DNA of 60,100 nt from Pseudopedobacter sp. (GTDB lineage Bacteria > Bacteroidota > Bacteroidia > Sphingobacteriales > Sphingobacteriaceae). A model generated the notes under the pieces. It did no database searches and was not told the DNA's origin. It was given only the letters and a program-made list of their open reading frames with translations. Location: positions 1 to 60,100 of the forward strand of contig NZ_JBEBVH010000001.1 in assembly GCF_040392825.1 (NCBI RefSeq). The letters are read 5' to 3'. The translations under genes and the position numbers were made by a program. This document shows positions 26,266-36,474 of this stretch, piece by piece. Each line of letters begins with the position of its first letter. Positions within the stretch are counted from its first letter, which is position 1.

Positions 26266-28080
26266 TTACAGCGAATCACCTCGTAAACGCCGGAAGCGCC
26301 TTCTGGCATCGCTGATATATAAGCTGCCGGGGAATTCATTCATTAATTTTTCATAGTATGCATTTGCCGTTTTTGAATCTTCCAATTTGTCCTGGTAAAG
26401 AATTCCTAAATGATAGAGTGCATCATCGGCCCAAATACTCGCCGGATATGCTTCATGTAATTTCTTGTAAGCAGAGATAGCTTCCTGAAATTGTTGCAGA
26501 GATGTATATATTTTAGCTTTGCTTAAGAGTATATCGTCGGCCAGTTTAGTGAGTGGAGAGCGCAGCAGAATGCTGTCCAGACTGGATAAAGCTCTTTCGT
26601 ATAAATGCTGTTCTCGAAAAAATTCCGCCTTTGCATATTTTTGAAGATCACTATTTACACTATCTTCATCAAAATGATCCTGAATTAGAAGACTTAAATC
26701 CAGGGCGTCATTAGCTATTAATTGTGAAGTAGAAGCTTTTAATACGTCTAATTGAGCTTTTGCCCATTTAAAATCTGCATTGTAAAAGGAAAGTTTAGCA
26801 TTTCTAAATTTTGCTTCTTGCCCCAGGATAGTATTCGGAAGCGATTTTTCAATTTGTCCGTATAGTAAAGATGCTTCCCAGGGGTTGTTATTCAGTATAT
26901 TTATGTCTGCAAGTTCTAATTTAATTTGAGCCAGTTCGCCAGCGCTTAAACGTGGTATATTTAGAGCATTTGTCAACAGGCTATCTGCTGCATTTACTTT
27001 GCTAAGCTGGTTTGCTTTTAATTTTGCAAGTTCCAAAATAGCAAATAAAGTGCGTTGATTTTGACCGAATTCATGGATTACGGATTCATAAGCAGCTTCT
27101 AAAGAAGATAGATCGGTTTTTACCAGCCCCTTCTTTTCTGCTTGTAATTGCTTTAATTTAAGCAATTCAATTTGTGAAGAAATATAAAACGGATTGGTTT
27201 TTCCTTTCGAAATAATATAATCCAGTGCTTTTTGTGCATATTCATATTCGTAATTGTTCTTTAAAACAGAAGCGAGCATAAAAATAGCGCTTCCATCTTC
27301 GTTTAAACGCTTGTCAATGGAAATGGCTTGTATAAGGGCAAAGTTGTATTCTTTTAATTCCACATAGGTCCAAGCTAGCAGGTCACTTAAGGCAATGCTG
27401 CTGGTGTTCTTTTGAATTCTCCGCAATAGAATGCTTTTTAGAGTTTGGTAATCCTGGTTGTTTTCGTAAACTCTGCTTAAACTGGATTTAGCGGTAGGCA
27501 GATAATCAGGTTGTAATTCTATAATGTTTAATATCTCCTGCGTGAGAAGATCTTTTTGACGTAAATAGCGATATAAATTAATTAGTTCGAACGAAAAAAG
27601 TGTTTGATTGTTCAGAACTTTCCGACCGGAATTTAGAACTTTTGCAGCGTATTCAAATTGATTTATTCTGTAAAATCCATTTGCAATTTGACTTATTGAA
27701 AAGTTGTCGACAGGAAGTTTTTGCAACAAATCCTGGAGGTACTTGTCGGCATTATTTTTGTCACCTTTTTCTATGTAAAGTTGGATTAACGAAACTTTAT
27801 TGTTCGGGTTTGCGGGATTTTCCCTTAAGTCTTTTTTTATAATTTTTTCTGCGGTATCATACTCCCGTAATTTTAATAGTGTATTAATATAACCTTCAAA
27901 GGCGAGATTTTTATAATCTCTTTGCTGATAAAGTCGCTCGTATATCTTTTTTGCTTTTTCGTATTCGCCATTTATGAAAAACTGCTGAGCATGCATGAAA
28001 TTATCATTGTCTTGTGCATAGGTTAATAGGCCAAGACTGAGTATTGAGAAAAGGATAAGTACCGTTTTTTTCACACTCAA
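26266..28080 (-). CDS. Exported tetratricopeptide repeat protein
   Basis: Signal peptide, helical repeats (ADDALYHLG, FPGSLY), LKASTSQLIANDA. Confidence 0.82.
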   Translation of the reverse strand: MSVKKTVLILFSILSLGLLTYAQDNDNFMHAQQFFINGEYEKAKKIYERLYQQRDYKNLAFEGYINTLLKLREYDTAEKIIKKDLRENPANPNNKVSLIQLYIEKGDKNNADKYLQDLLQKLPVDNFSISQIANGFYRINQFEYAAKVLNSGRKVLNNQTLFSFELINLYRYLRQKDLLTQEILNIIELQPDYLPTAKSSLSRVYENNQDYQTLKSILLRRIQKNTSSIALSDLLAWTYVELKEYNFALIQAISIDKRLNEDGSAIFMLASVLKNNYEYEYAQKALDYIISKGKTNPFYISSQIELLKLKQLQAEKKGLVKTDLSSLEAAYESVIHEFGQNQRTLFAILELAKLKANQLSKVNAADSLLTNALNIPRLSAGELAQIKLELADINILNNNPWEASLLYGQIEKSLPNTILGQEAKFRNAKLSFYNADFKWAKAQLDVLKASTSQLIANDALDLSLLIQDHFDEDSVNSDLQKYAKAEFFREQHLYERALSSLDSILLRSPLTKLADDILLSKAKIYTSLQQFQEAISAYKKLHEAYPASIWADDALYHLGILYQDKLEDSKTANAYYEKLMNEFPGSLYISDARRRFRRLRGDSL

Positions 28081-28214
28081 TAATATAAAATATATTTTTG
28101 AGATTATATTAATATAACTTATTTGTTACTTTTTGTATTGCCCTCGTTTATTGAAGTTTTAGTTAATTTGAAAGTTACGGTTTATTCGCATTTAATATTC
28201 ATAAAATTGATCCA

Positions 28215-30110
28215 GTGACTCGAAATTTTCTACTAAGATATGTATTTGCTGGTTTGGCCTTGCTGCTTTTCAGTTGCAGGGGAGATAGCTACAAAGAAAA
28301 AATTCCGGCAGAAACATTTTTTAAAAACTCCGAATCTTCTTTTTTTAAAATATCTCCAGACGGTAAATATGTTTCTTCTCTTAAAGAAAACCAAAATGGT
28401 GAAAAAAACCTTTTTATTCATAATATCTCGAATGGAAATCATTCACAACTAACTTCATTTGAAGGAAAATCTATCCGGGATTATTGTTGGGTAGGCAATG
28501 ACTTTTTGTGTTTGATAGTTGAAGATGCTGGGTGCAAAGATTTCGGGATGTATACTGTACAGCGCGATGGGAATAAATTAGAAGAAGTGGTGCTGAGTTA
28601 TAGCGTTACAAAAATTGATTTTATTCAAAAAAGTAATCCTCCGAATAATACTTCGGTACTTTTTGCTATGAATGACAGGGATCCTGAGCGTACCGATGTG
28701 TACAAGCTAAACGTACCTTCAGGCAAGAAGGAAGTTATAGTCAATAATCCTGGTCATGTTCTTGAGTGGTTTGCTGATGAAGATAATATCGTCAGATTGG
28801 CCAGAGGGAGTGAAGATACAAATGAGAATTGGTATTATAGAGAAACAAACGAAGAGGACTTCAGGAAGATTATTTCAAATCATTTTACTACTAACATTAA
28901 ACCAATATTATTTGTTAAAGGAAAGCGGCACCATTTATATGCATTATCTAATATAAAAAGAGATAAATATGCTTTGGTAGAAATAGATTGCAGTACTGGT
29001 AAAGAGCAAAGAATAATATATGAAAATCCGAATACGGATATTCTGAATGTGGTTTATTCGGCAAGGACCAACCAGATTATTTATTTTTCAACGGGCTTGG
29101 CAAAGGAAAAAAGACATTTTTTGTTTCCTGGTATTGAAACTTATTACAAGAACCTGAACAAAAAGTTAGGAACGGAGGTTATAGAAATTATTGACCATGA
29201 TGAGTCTGAAAAAAATATCATTTTAAAAGCCTATAGTGATAAAGTGCCCGGATCCTATTATTTATATAAATCTAAACAGAATCAGTTAACGAAGTTAGGA
29301 GATGTCAATGCTCAAATAATTCAAGAAAGAATGAATAGTATGGTCCCTATCAGTTATAAGAATAAAGAAGGAATTCAGATCCATGGTTATTTAACCTTGC
29401 CTAAAGGAGGTAAGCAATTGCCGCCGTTAATTGTTATGCCACACTCTGGTCCATATAAGAGAACCAACTGGGAATATGATCCGGAAGTGCAATTTTTTGC
29501 GAGTCGGGGATATGCTGTCTTTCAGCCTAATTTCCGGGGGTCTACCGGATATGGAAAAGAATTTTTTAGAGCGGGACTTAAACAGTGGAATGGTAATATC
29601 CATGCAGATATATCAGATGGTGTAGACTGGTTAATCGCAAATAAAAAGATAGATTCTAGCCGGATTGTAGCCTTTGGAAAAGGGTTTGGCGGATTTGCGG
29701 CACTTAATCTCGCTATTCAGCAGCCAAAACTCTATAAATCTGTAGTCTCTTATGCTGGTATTATGAATCTGTTTACCTATATCAAAAGTACTCCGGATTA
29801 CTATAAGCCACATAAGCCGGTTATTGAAGAGTTAATTGGAAGCCCAGAAAAGGATGTCGATTATATTAAATCTGCATCTCCAATATTTAATAGCGGAAAA
29901 CTAAATATACCTTTACTTTTCTTTCAGGGAGGAAAAGATTCAAGAGGTAATCTTAGTGAGGTGACTCAGTTTGTCAAAGAGTTGAAAAAACACAATAACA
30001 ACGTAGAATATATAGTAAGAGATGAAGAAGGGCAGAGAATTAGTAAATTCGAAAATAAAATTCATTTTTATAATACTGTAGAAGCATTCTTTGCAAGGTA
30101 TTTGAAATAA
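28215..30110 (+). CDS. S9 (prolyl oligopeptidase) family lipoprotein, apparently catalytically inactive
   Basis: LFSC lipobox, ISPDG propeller start, IHGYLTLP, FFASRGYAVFQPNFRGSTGYG. The nucleophile elbow reads GKGFGG (no Ser) and the His motif reads EEGQR. Confidence 0.85.
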   Translation: MTRNFLLRYVFAGLALLLFSCRGDSYKEKIPAETFFKNSESSFFKISPDGKYVSSLKENQNGEKNLFIHNISNGNHSQLTSFEGKSIRDYCWVGNDFLCLIVEDAGCKDFGMYTVQRDGNKLEEVVLSYSVTKIDFIQKSNPPNNTSVLFAMNDRDPERTDVYKLNVPSGKKEVIVNNPGHVLEWFADEDNIVRLARGSEDTNENWYYRETNEEDFRKIISNHFTTNIKPILFVKGKRHHLYALSNIKRDKYALVEIDCSTGKEQRIIYENPNTDILNVVYSARTNQIIYFSTGLAKEKRHFLFPGIETYYKNLNKKLGTEVIEIIDHDESEKNIILKAYSDKVPGSYYLYKSKQNQLTKLGDVNAQIIQERMNSMVPISYKNKEGIQIHGYLTLPKGGKQLPPLIVMPHSGPYKRTNWEYDPEVQFFASRGYAVFQPNFRGSTGYGKEFFRAGLKQWNGNIHADISDGVDWLIANKKIDSSRIVAFGKGFGGFAALNLAIQQPKLYKSVVSYAGIMNLFTYIKSTPDYYKPHKPVIEELIGSPEKDVDYIKSASPIFNSGKLNIPLLFFQGGKDSRGNLSEVTQFVKELKKHNNNVEYIVRDEEGQRISKFENKIHFYNTVEAFFARYLK

Positions 30111-31793
30111 GTGCTTATGAGAGCAGACAGACTGAATTTCCAAAAAAATAGATTATTGATTATCTTATTTTTGATACTGCTTTCAGTCTCGCTGATAGTG
30201 GCGTTGGGATTGGGACATAATTTAACAAAAAGGCAAGTTCAGAGCGAATTTAACTCACTTAAAATAGATATTCTGGAAGATTCAATGTCACCTTATGAAG
30301 CGTTCTTCCAGCAAACTATTCCCGAAATTTCATATTACCAGGGTTTCTTAGATTCACTTTCTGCGGCAAGATACGCTAATACTGTTTTAGACAAATATCC
30401 ATTTGTAGAAACCATAATATTTTATGATTCTTATGTGTCTAACAGAGACATTTTGCATGGAATTGCAGTGAGGAACCTAGGAATTGGAATTAAAAACGTA
30501 TATAAATTTGGAAAAAAAGTACCTCCGGGTTCAGGAGTAATTTATGATAGCAGGAAGCCCGGAAAATTGAGTCTTAGTAATGCAGACGAATTTAATAATA
30601 TAGGTCTTAAAATGGCTGCTTTCATAGAGTCTGCCGATACTACTAAAAATGTAAGTAATGAAACCATTTTTAAAACATTTTATAGTTTCTCACCTAATAA
30701 AATAAGTTATATGAGTGTTCCCAGAAGGCAGGAAATTAGCGCCTTTCAGGAAATTATGAATAATCCAAATAAAAAATATCCGGTTTATGAACAAGACTTG
30801 TTTTCTTTCGAACTAAATCCATATAAGCTTAAGATTATCAATAGGCATCCTAATCTTTACCAGAATATTAGTATTGAGGAGCTTTCTTTTGAATCTATAT
30901 TCGAAAATCCTAACTATTTAAATACCAGTATGCCACTCCCCGGGGCTTTTTCGGGATATAAGCTATATTTTACCAGCAGTAAGTTATACTTAAAAAGAGA
31001 AGTTAACAGGCGTTTTTTACCGATAGCATTTGGAGTATTTTTTATATATGCTATTATGATAATCATAACTTTTCTGATTTATAGGAACTTTCGTATGAGC
31101 AGAAAACTTTTTAAACTTCAATATGACTTTGTAAATAACCTTACTCACGAATTTAAGACTCCCGTAGCGGTTATTAAGATTGCCGGAAATAATATTAGAA
31201 GTGCGCATGAGCTTAGTATGCAGGAACTGAATCATTATGGGAAAATATTGGACGAAGAAGCCGATAAGTTGAATGAGTTAATGAATAAGTTGCTGTCTTT
31301 TACCCAGATTGAAAATAAAACCATTAATATCAAGCAGGTTGAAATAGAATTGGAAGCATTCTCTCAAAATATTATTAACGGATATCAGTTAAAATATCCG
31401 GATTATAAAATTGATTTGGATGTTAAAAGAAGCGTGAAAACATTTATATCTGATCCGGTGTTGTTAACTAGTATTTATCAGAATTTAATCGAAAATGCTT
31501 ATAAATATTCCAATCCTCAACAAAAATATTTGAAGATAACGGTATCCAGGAGTAAGAAAAATATCGTGTTTAGTTTTAAAGATAAGGGAATAGGTATAGA
31601 AAAAACAGAAATTGATAATATATTTAAGAAATTTTATAGAATAGAGAGTCAATATAATCAGCAAGGAAGTATTGGTTTAGGTTTGGCTTTTTGTAAAGAA
31701 CTTGTTAACTTAATGAAAGGTAATATTACCGTAAACAGCAAAGTGGGTAAAGGTTCTGAATTTATAGTGGAACTACCTTATATCAATAAATAA
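30111..31793 (+). CDS. Membrane sensor histidine kinase
   Basis: Two TM segments flanking a ~270 aa periplasmic domain, H-box LTHEFKTP, NLIENAYKY, DKGIG, GLGL. Start is GTG 30111 or ATG 30117. Confidence 0.93.
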   Translation: MLMRADRLNFQKNRLLIILFLILLSVSLIVALGLGHNLTKRQVQSEFNSLKIDILEDSMSPYEAFFQQTIPEISYYQGFLDSLSAARYANTVLDKYPFVETIIFYDSYVSNRDILHGIAVRNLGIGIKNVYKFGKKVPPGSGVIYDSRKPGKLSLSNADEFNNIGLKMAAFIESADTTKNVSNETIFKTFYSFSPNKISYMSVPRRQEISAFQEIMNNPNKKYPVYEQDLFSFELNPYKLKIINRHPNLYQNISIEELSFESIFENPNYLNTSMPLPGAFSGYKLYFTSSKLYLKREVNRRFLPIAFGVFFIYAIMIIITFLIYRNFRMSRKLFKLQYDFVNNLTHEFKTPVAVIKIAGNNIRSAHELSMQELNHYGKILDEEADKLNELMNKLLSFTQIENKTINIKQVEIELEAFSQNIINGYQLKYPDYKIDLDVKRSVKTFISDPVLLTSIYQNLIENAYKYSNPQQKYLKITVSRSKKNIVFSFKDKGIGIEKTEIDNIFKKFYRIESQYNQQGSIGLGLAFCKELVNLMKGNITVNSKVGKGSEFIVELPYINK

Positions 31794-31794
31794 T

Positions 31795-32481
31795 ATGCAG
31801 AAAAACAATAAAATAGCAGTTATTGAAGATGATGAAAATTTAAGGTTTTTGGTTGTTCATCGTTTAAAAACAGAGGGATACTCAATTGTAGAAACAGGGA
31901 ATGGGAGTGATGCAGAAGAGTTGGTGTTAAAAGAAAATCCGGAAATTGTTTTATTAGACTGGATGCTGCCTGGTGTACAAGGGTCAGAAATATGTAAGAA
32001 TTTAAGAGCCAAGGGATACGAAGGATTGGTTGTAATGATGACTGCCAAAGCCCAGGATCTGGACAAAATAGATGCTTACAATTTTGGCGTGTCAGACTAT
32101 GTAACCAAACCATTTAATATGGATGTTTTAGTTGCAATGTTAGACAGTAAGGTTAAGTTTTTAGTTAATAATGATAAGCATGAAATATCCCGGTTTGGAG
32201 ATATGGAGCATCATCCGCACATTCATTCTATTATTAAGAATGGTAAAAAGATAGAGCTTACCATTTTGGAAAATAGAATTTTATTGTATTTTCTGAAAAA
32301 TGTAAATAAGGTAATCAGCCGTGATGACTTAATGTTAGAGGTATGGGGATACAATTCTGATGTTAATACACGTACATTGGATATGCATATTGTACGCTTG
32401 AGAAAGAAAATTGAAGAAAATCCGGATAGGCCTGAATATCTTCAGACTATAAGAGGAGTTGGATATAAATTCAACGCATAA
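31795..32481 (+). CDS. OmpR/PhoB-family response regulator
   Basis: IEDD, LLDWMLP, KPF, RTLDMHIVRLRKK, TIRGVGY. Confidence 0.95.
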   Translation: MQKNNKIAVIEDDENLRFLVVHRLKTEGYSIVETGNGSDAEELVLKENPEIVLLDWMLPGVQGSEICKNLRAKGYEGLVVMMTAKAQDLDKIDAYNFGVSDYVTKPFNMDVLVAMLDSKVKFLVNNDKHEISRFGDMEHHPHIHSIIKNGKKIELTILENRILLYFLKNVNKVISRDDLMLEVWGYNSDVNTRTLDMHIVRLRKKIEENPDRPEYLQTIRGVGYKFNA

Positions 32482-32518
32482 ATAAAAAAGGGAAATCAAT
32501 GATTTCCCTTTTTTATTT
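32480..32518. terminator. Bidirectional intrinsic terminator
   Basis: AAATAAAAAAGGGAAATC / GATTTCCCTTTTTTATTT perfect inverted repeat between convergent genes. Confidence 0.88.
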
Positions 32519-32849
32519 AATGTTGGTTCTTTGGTCTGTCTCTTATTTGAGAAGGCTTTAAATAAACCTTTTCGCCTTTTTTATTGATGTAATATTTTTT
32601 GTTATTTCCATCTATATAAACGTTGGAGCCATCAGGAGCCATCTTCCCTCTATACGTTTGATCGGCAATTTTTGAAACTCCTTTAGAAGCTACTTCGGCT
32701 GTTTTTTTTCCTACCGCCTTGGCACCTTTTTCAATTGCTTTTCCGGTATTTTCTGCGGCTTTTTCTACTTTATCCTGCGCATTAATGCTAGTGGTGTATA
32801 GAAGTACAAAAGCAAATGCTGATAAACCGATTAAAAATTTCTTTTTCAT
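32517..32849 (-). CDS. Small basic exported hypothetical protein
   Basis: Signal peptide (NA-Q), Lys/Ala-rich helix, C-terminal APDGSNVYIDGNNKKYYINKKGEKVY. Confidence 0.7.
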   Translation of the reverse strand: MKKKFLIGLSAFAFVLLYTTSINAQDKVEKAAENTGKAIEKGAKAVGKKTAEVASKGVSKIADQTYRGKMAPDGSNVYIDGNNKKYYINKKGEKVYLKPSQIRDRPKNQH

Positions 32850-32899
32850 GATAGTACGCTGTTTTCTACTATACTATCAAAGAATTTGCCAATATAATT

Positions 32900-33802
32900 T
32901 TATTCGGCTAGAACTTCAATATCAAAAAATAATGGAGTGTTTGGAGGGATTGTACTGCCACCATTTGATCCATAAGCTAAGTAAGAAGGTAGAATTAATT
33001 TAATGTGCCCGCCTTTTTTTATCTTTTGGATGCCTTCTATCCAACCTGTGATCAGGCTTCCATTGTAAATTGTCGTTTCAAAAGGAGTTTCTCTACTTGA
33101 CGAATCGAACACCGTACCATTAAAAAATCTCCCTGCGTAAACCACCTTAACAGATGATCCGATGGCAATTTGTGACCCTGTTCCTTCATTTACTATTTTA
33201 TAATAGAGGCCAGTTTCTTCGTCTTTAGTATAAACGTGACTCAAGGTCTTAATGTATCTATTAATTAATGTGTCTTCTGCGGCAGTCTGCGTTTTTGCAT
33301 TTATAATATCTATAGTCGCATCAAGAATAGTATTTCCTTTAATTAATGTACTGTACCCGTCTTTTCCGAACATGATATATGAAGGTAATAATGCTCTTAC
33401 CTTTTCTCCATACTTTGCTTTTAGGAGGACATTTCTAAGTCCGATAGGTGTAATATAGCCAATAAATCCGCCCTTTGCAGAGTTAAGATTAGGCATATAA
33501 GAATATGTGTCAGTTGAGGTAATTAATGCGCCTGTCGTTGTAACATTAGCGCCTTCTAAAGTCTTTAAGTCCATTAGAAAGAATACCTGATTATAATTTT
33601 GCAAAGTATCTCCCTCTCCGGTTCTTAATGTACTATAATAAAAACCAGTGCTGTCTTTCTTAAACTGAGAAGTAAGATTGTTTTTAGTTAGGAAGTCATT
33701 AATACTTAATTCCTCTATTTCTTTTAAAGTTCTTGTTTCTTTAGTACATGCGCCTAATAAAATAGAGAAGGTAAGTATCAGACCTAAAAATTTCTTTATC
33801 AT
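32900..33802 (-). CDS. FKBP-type peptidyl-prolyl isomerase lipoprotein (two FKBP-like domains)
   Basis: LGAC lipobox, YAGRFFNGTVFDSS, LITGWIEG, PSYLAYG, IPPNTPLFFDIEV. Confidence 0.9.
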   Translation of the reverse strand: MIKKFLGLILTFSILLGACTKETRTLKEIEELSINDFLTKNNLTSQFKKDSTGFYYSTLRTGEGDTLQNYNQVFFLMDLKTLEGANVTTTGALITSTDTYSYMPNLNSAKGGFIGYITPIGLRNVLLKAKYGEKVRALLPSYIMFGKDGYSTLIKGNTILDATIDIINAKTQTAAEDTLINRYIKTLSHVYTKDEETGLYYKIVNEGTGSQIAIGSSVKVVYAGRFFNGTVFDSSSRETPFETTIYNGSLITGWIEGIQKIKKGGHIKLILPSYLAYGSNGGSTIPPNTPLFFDIEVLAE

Positions 33803-33805
33803 TTT

Positions 33806-34300
33806 CTATTGTATATCTATTAATTCTATATCAAAATCTAAAACAGAGTTAGCAGGTATAATGCCTTGGCTCTTATTTCCGTAACCATATACCGAAGGAA
33901 TGATTAAACGTATTTTTTCTCCTTTTTGCATTAATTGTATTCCTATTTGCCAGCCTAATATTACATCAGCTAGTTTAAATTGAGCTTCTTTGTCTCTAGA
34001 GTCAAAGATAGTTCCGTTTAGAAGCCTGCCTGTATATTTTACAGTAATAATTGTATTTGGATTGTAACTATACTTTTCGCCTTGACTTTTATTTTGCTCG
34101 TATCTATAAAAGTAAATTCCCGATGCATCTCTAGTGGCGGGTATGCCTTTTTCCACCAGAAACTTACTAATTAGCATCTCATCATTATTTAACTGAGCCT
34201 GATACTCCATTTGAGGATTTGCCGTTTCTTCAGACTTTAAGCAAGCCCCAAAGATAAACATACTACACAGCACCGCAACAGATACCAACAAATTTTTCAT
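33806..34300 (-). CDS. FKBP-type peptidyl-prolyl isomerase lipoprotein
   Basis: FGAC lipobox, YTGRLLNGTIFDS, VILGW, IPSVYGYG, IPANSVLDFDIEL. Start moved to ATG 34300 because TAAATTTG lies at 34319-34312. Confidence 0.9.
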   Translation of the reverse strand: MKNLLVSVAVLCSMFIFGACLKSEETANPQMEYQAQLNNDEMLISKFLVEKGIPATRDASGIYFYRYEQNKSQGEKYSYNPNTIITVKYTGRLLNGTIFDSRDKEAQFKLADVILGWQIGIQLMQKGEKIRLIIPSVYGYGNKSQGIIPANSVLDFDIELIDIQ

Positions 34301-34525
34301 AACTCTACTTACAAATTTATTTATCTTTTTAGATAAATCTAACATTTAACATTTTTTAAGACCTAGTCTATACGCCAATTTGCTGTTTATGTGATACAGT
34401 TCCTTTTGTGAGTATATGTAATTTTTTTATGAAAAGAGGTGCATTGAAATTACTCACATCAAATAGAAGAATCCCAAAATGCTCCTGTTTAGAGTAGGAA
34501 AGGACTAAAATGTGTCAGAAATAAC

Positions 34526-34563
34526 AAAAAAGCACAAAGCTGACATATAAAATGCTTTGTGCT
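34526..34563 (-). terminator. Intrinsic terminator of the beta-oxidation operon
   Basis: AGCACAAAGC / GCTTTGTGCT stem with a T-run on the minus strand. Confidence 0.7.
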
Positions 34564-34603
34564 CTTACCAGAAAATAGCAGTTAATCGGTAGCATCATCC
34601 TGT

Positions 34604-36394
34604 TTAGAAACAATATTTATTAGCTTCTATTAATTTTTTTGCAACGCGTTGTCGGGCTTCTTTTATATTAAAAGGAGAAGTTTTTGTAAAACGCCTTAAT
34701 CCCATCATCATCATATTCAGTTCATCGCCATCTGCGAAAGAATTTAACGCCTCTTTTCCAGCAAGGTGAACTTTATCTACTGCTTCCTGTATATAAATTT
34801 TCATTATATCTATTTGTCCGGAAACCGCTTCTTCACCTTTAAGATTAACTAATTTCTCTACTCGAAGCAATGTTGATTCTGCAACATATACATATCCGAT
34901 AATGTCGGCAATATTCATTAATATTTCCTGTTCTTTTGCTAGCGTCATCATGAGTTTCTGAACAGCGGCGCCCGCTATCATTAATCCTGCTTTCTTTAAA
35001 TTCTTGAGGATTTTCTTTTCTGCATAAAACAATGAGCCATCTTCAGCGATATTAAAGTCCGGGATAGATGTTAATTCTCCGGCTACAGCCTGCGCAGGAG
35101 TCATTAAGTCTAATTCTCCTTTCATTGCCCTTTTTAAAAGCATATCAACAATCAACAATCTGTTAATTTCATTTGTTCCCTCGAAAATTCTGTTTATTCG
35201 GCTGTCTCTGTATGCTCTGTCCATTGGTGCTTCGGCAGAAAAACCCATACCGCCGTAAATCTGGACGCCTTCATCCACAATATAATCCAGCATCTCTGAT
35301 CCCCATACCTTAATGATGGCACATTCTACCGCAAATTCTTCCGTAGATTTTAGCTTAGCTTTGCCAGAATCCATCCCCGATGTTATTAATCTCTCATAAG
35401 CGTCATCTATATTTTGTCCAGCTCTATAGGTAGCACTTTCTATGGCAAAATTGCGGGTTGCCATTTCCGCAAGTTTGTAGCGTATTGCTCCAAATTTTGA
35501 AATTTGTAATCCAAACTGAACACGTTCGTTAGCATAATTAATAGCAGTATTGATGACTTTACGAGATGATCCAATGGTAGCCGCACCTAATTTTATCCGA
35601 CCAATATTCAAAATATTAACAGCTATTTTGAACCCGTTACCTCTTTCCGAAAGCATATTTTCTACAGGTACAGGGCAATCATTAAAAAATACTTGCCGGG
35701 TAGAAGATCCCTTTATTCCCATTTTATGTTCCTCGGGATTCATGCTGATACCGCCAAAATTTCTTTCTACAATAAAAGCCGTCAGGTTTTTATCATCTTC
35801 AATTCTTGCAAAGACGATAAAAATATCTGCGAATCCACCGTTTGTAATCCACATTTTTTGCCCATTTATAAGATAGTGGGTTCCTTCGGGATTTAAACTA
35901 GCTTTGGTTTTGCCACTATTGGCATCAGATCCGGAATTAGGCTCGGTTAAACAATAAGCAGCTTTTAATTCACCTGACGCCAGTTTTGGAATGTATTTAT
36001 TTTTTTGCTCCTCATTTCCATAATAAAGAATGGGTAAGGTACCTATTCCTGTATGGGCAGATAAGGCGACAGCAAAGGAATGTCCTGCTCCAATAACATC
36101 GGTCACCAACATGGAAGTGTTAAAGTTTTTTCCAAAACCACCATATTCTTCGGGAATAGAAACAGCCAGCAGTCCGAGCTCACCGGCCTTGTCCATTAAA
36201 GACTGCATTAATCCCTCTTCCTGCTGATCAATCTCCTCTAATTTTGGGTAGATTTCTGTTTGCAGAAAGTCTTCGCAAGTCTTTTTTATCATCAATTGTT
36301 CTTCGTCGAACTCTTCCGGGATAAAAATATCTTTGGCTTCGGTTTCTTTAATGATGAATTCACCACCTTTTAAAGATTGAACTGCATTTTGCAT
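34604..36394 (-). CDS. fadE: Acyl-CoA dehydrogenase (long form)
   Basis: AYCLTEPNSGSDA, NGQKMWITNG, KMGIKGSST, QIYGGMG, RIFEGTNEI. Confidence 0.93.
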   Translation of the reverse strand: MQNAVQSLKGGEFIIKETEAKDIFIPEEFDEEQLMIKKTCEDFLQTEIYPKLEEIDQQEEGLMQSLMDKAGELGLLAVSIPEEYGGFGKNFNTSMLVTDVIGAGHSFAVALSAHTGIGTLPILYYGNEEQKNKYIPKLASGELKAAYCLTEPNSGSDANSGKTKASLNPEGTHYLINGQKMWITNGGFADIFIVFARIEDDKNLTAFIVERNFGGISMNPEEHKMGIKGSSTRQVFFNDCPVPVENMLSERGNGFKIAVNILNIGRIKLGAATIGSSRKVINTAINYANERVQFGLQISKFGAIRYKLAEMATRNFAIESATYRAGQNIDDAYERLITSGMDSGKAKLKSTEEFAVECAIIKVWGSEMLDYIVDEGVQIYGGMGFSAEAPMDRAYRDSRINRIFEGTNEINRLLIVDMLLKRAMKGELDLMTPAQAVAGELTSIPDFNIAEDGSLFYAEKKILKNLKKAGLMIAGAAVQKLMMTLAKEQEILMNIADIIGYVYVAESTLLRVEKLVNLKGEEAVSGQIDIMKIYIQEAVDKVHLAGKEALNSFADGDELNMMMMGLRRFTKTSPFNIKEARQRVAKKLIEANKYCF

Positions 36395-36414
36395 GGTTTA
36401 ATTTTTTATGGATG

Positions 36415-36444
36415 AAAAATTTAGGAACCTGGGGCTCCTAAATT
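36415..36444 (-). terminator. Terminator-like hairpin between thiolase and acyl-CoA dehydrogenase
   Basis: AATTTAGGA / TCCTAAATT stem followed by a T-run on the minus strand. Confidence 0.5.
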
Positions 36445-36474
36445 ATCATCGTATTGTTAGTTAGTGTTATATCT

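Noticed and set aside
34407-34458. TGTGAGTA / TACTCACA inverted repeat
   Set aside because: Only 8 bp with a long spacer and no supporting context.
34580-34590. AGTTAATCGGT shared with 50347-50357 near fad genes
   Set aside because: One copy is downstream of fadE and the other upstream of fadD. An 11-mer match in AT-rich DNA is plausible by chance.
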